Position numbers and translations under genes: made by a program | From: an uncultured virus (IMG/VR IMGVR_UViG_3300027704_003386) | Taxonomy: Duplodnaviria > Heunggongvirae > Uroviricota > Caudoviricetes | Strand: one strand, 5' to 3' | DNA: 64,000 nucleotides | Virus record (IMG/VR): IMGVR_UViG_3300027704_003386 | Shown here: positions 64,000 through 64,000 of the stretch, one piece after another | Layout of the letters: each line of letters starts with the position of its first letter | How positions within the stretch are numbered: position 1 is the first letter of the stretch | The notes under the pieces: model-generated | The model's database searches: none | What the model saw: only the letters and a program-made list of their open reading frames with translations | Told to the model about the DNA's origin: nothing

Positions 64000-64000
64000 A

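Noticed and set aside
1..64000. Stop-codon reassignment, as seen in some Bacteroidota phages
   Set aside because: Genes are full length in the standard code, and both TAG (e.g. 1405, 11639) and TGA (e.g. 7909, 34149) end genes at sensible positions.
1..64000. CRISPR array, integrase, transposase, reverse transcriptase or DGR
   Set aside because: No repeat-spacer periodicity or corresponding protein motifs were seen by eye.

Overview
The window is a 64-kb, AT-rich, intact segment of a large contractile-tailed dsDNA bacteriophage (myovirus). Essentially all genes are on the minus strand and use the standard code. A recurring (G/T)TTG-N17-TC(G/T)TATATT promoter, lack of Shine-Dalgarno motifs and Bacteroidota-type small proteins point to a Bacteroidota (probably Flavobacteriia) host (inference). 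In the direction of transcription (right to left) it carries: (1) a radical-SAM / B12-radical-SAM / 2OG-Fe(II) hydroxylase / SGNH-like cluster; (2) a tail module (sheath, tube, chaperone with a probable programmed frameshift, tape measure, baseplate); (3) a replication module (short second PolA, SSB, RecA/UvsX, 5'-3' exonuclease, DnaB-like helicase, class I RNR, thioredoxin); (4) a 7-deazaguanine DNA-modification locus (queC, queD, queE, folE, queF, TGT/DpdA-like, formyltransferase, plus PRTase, kinase, MazG-like enzyme and ferredoxin), interrupted by a carbamoyltransferase/radical-SAM/glycosyltransferase-like cassette; (5) tRNA-Met and a full PolA; (6) Hsp20-GroES-GroEL; (7) an apt-MTAN-metK SAM module; (8) an outer-membrane-protein cassette and lysis genes; (9) a DUF2589-like gene pair. 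The most notable unannotated signals are a preQ1-I-like RNA leader heading the que operon, a second pseudoknot-like leader before queC, a roughly 20-bp 5'UTR/3'UTR duplex clamping the hsp20 mRNA, a +1 frameshift ORF after the tail chaperone, and a TATTTATA promoter-like motif that is the reverse complement of the T4 late promoter. All calls come from reading motifs by eye; no database searches were run.
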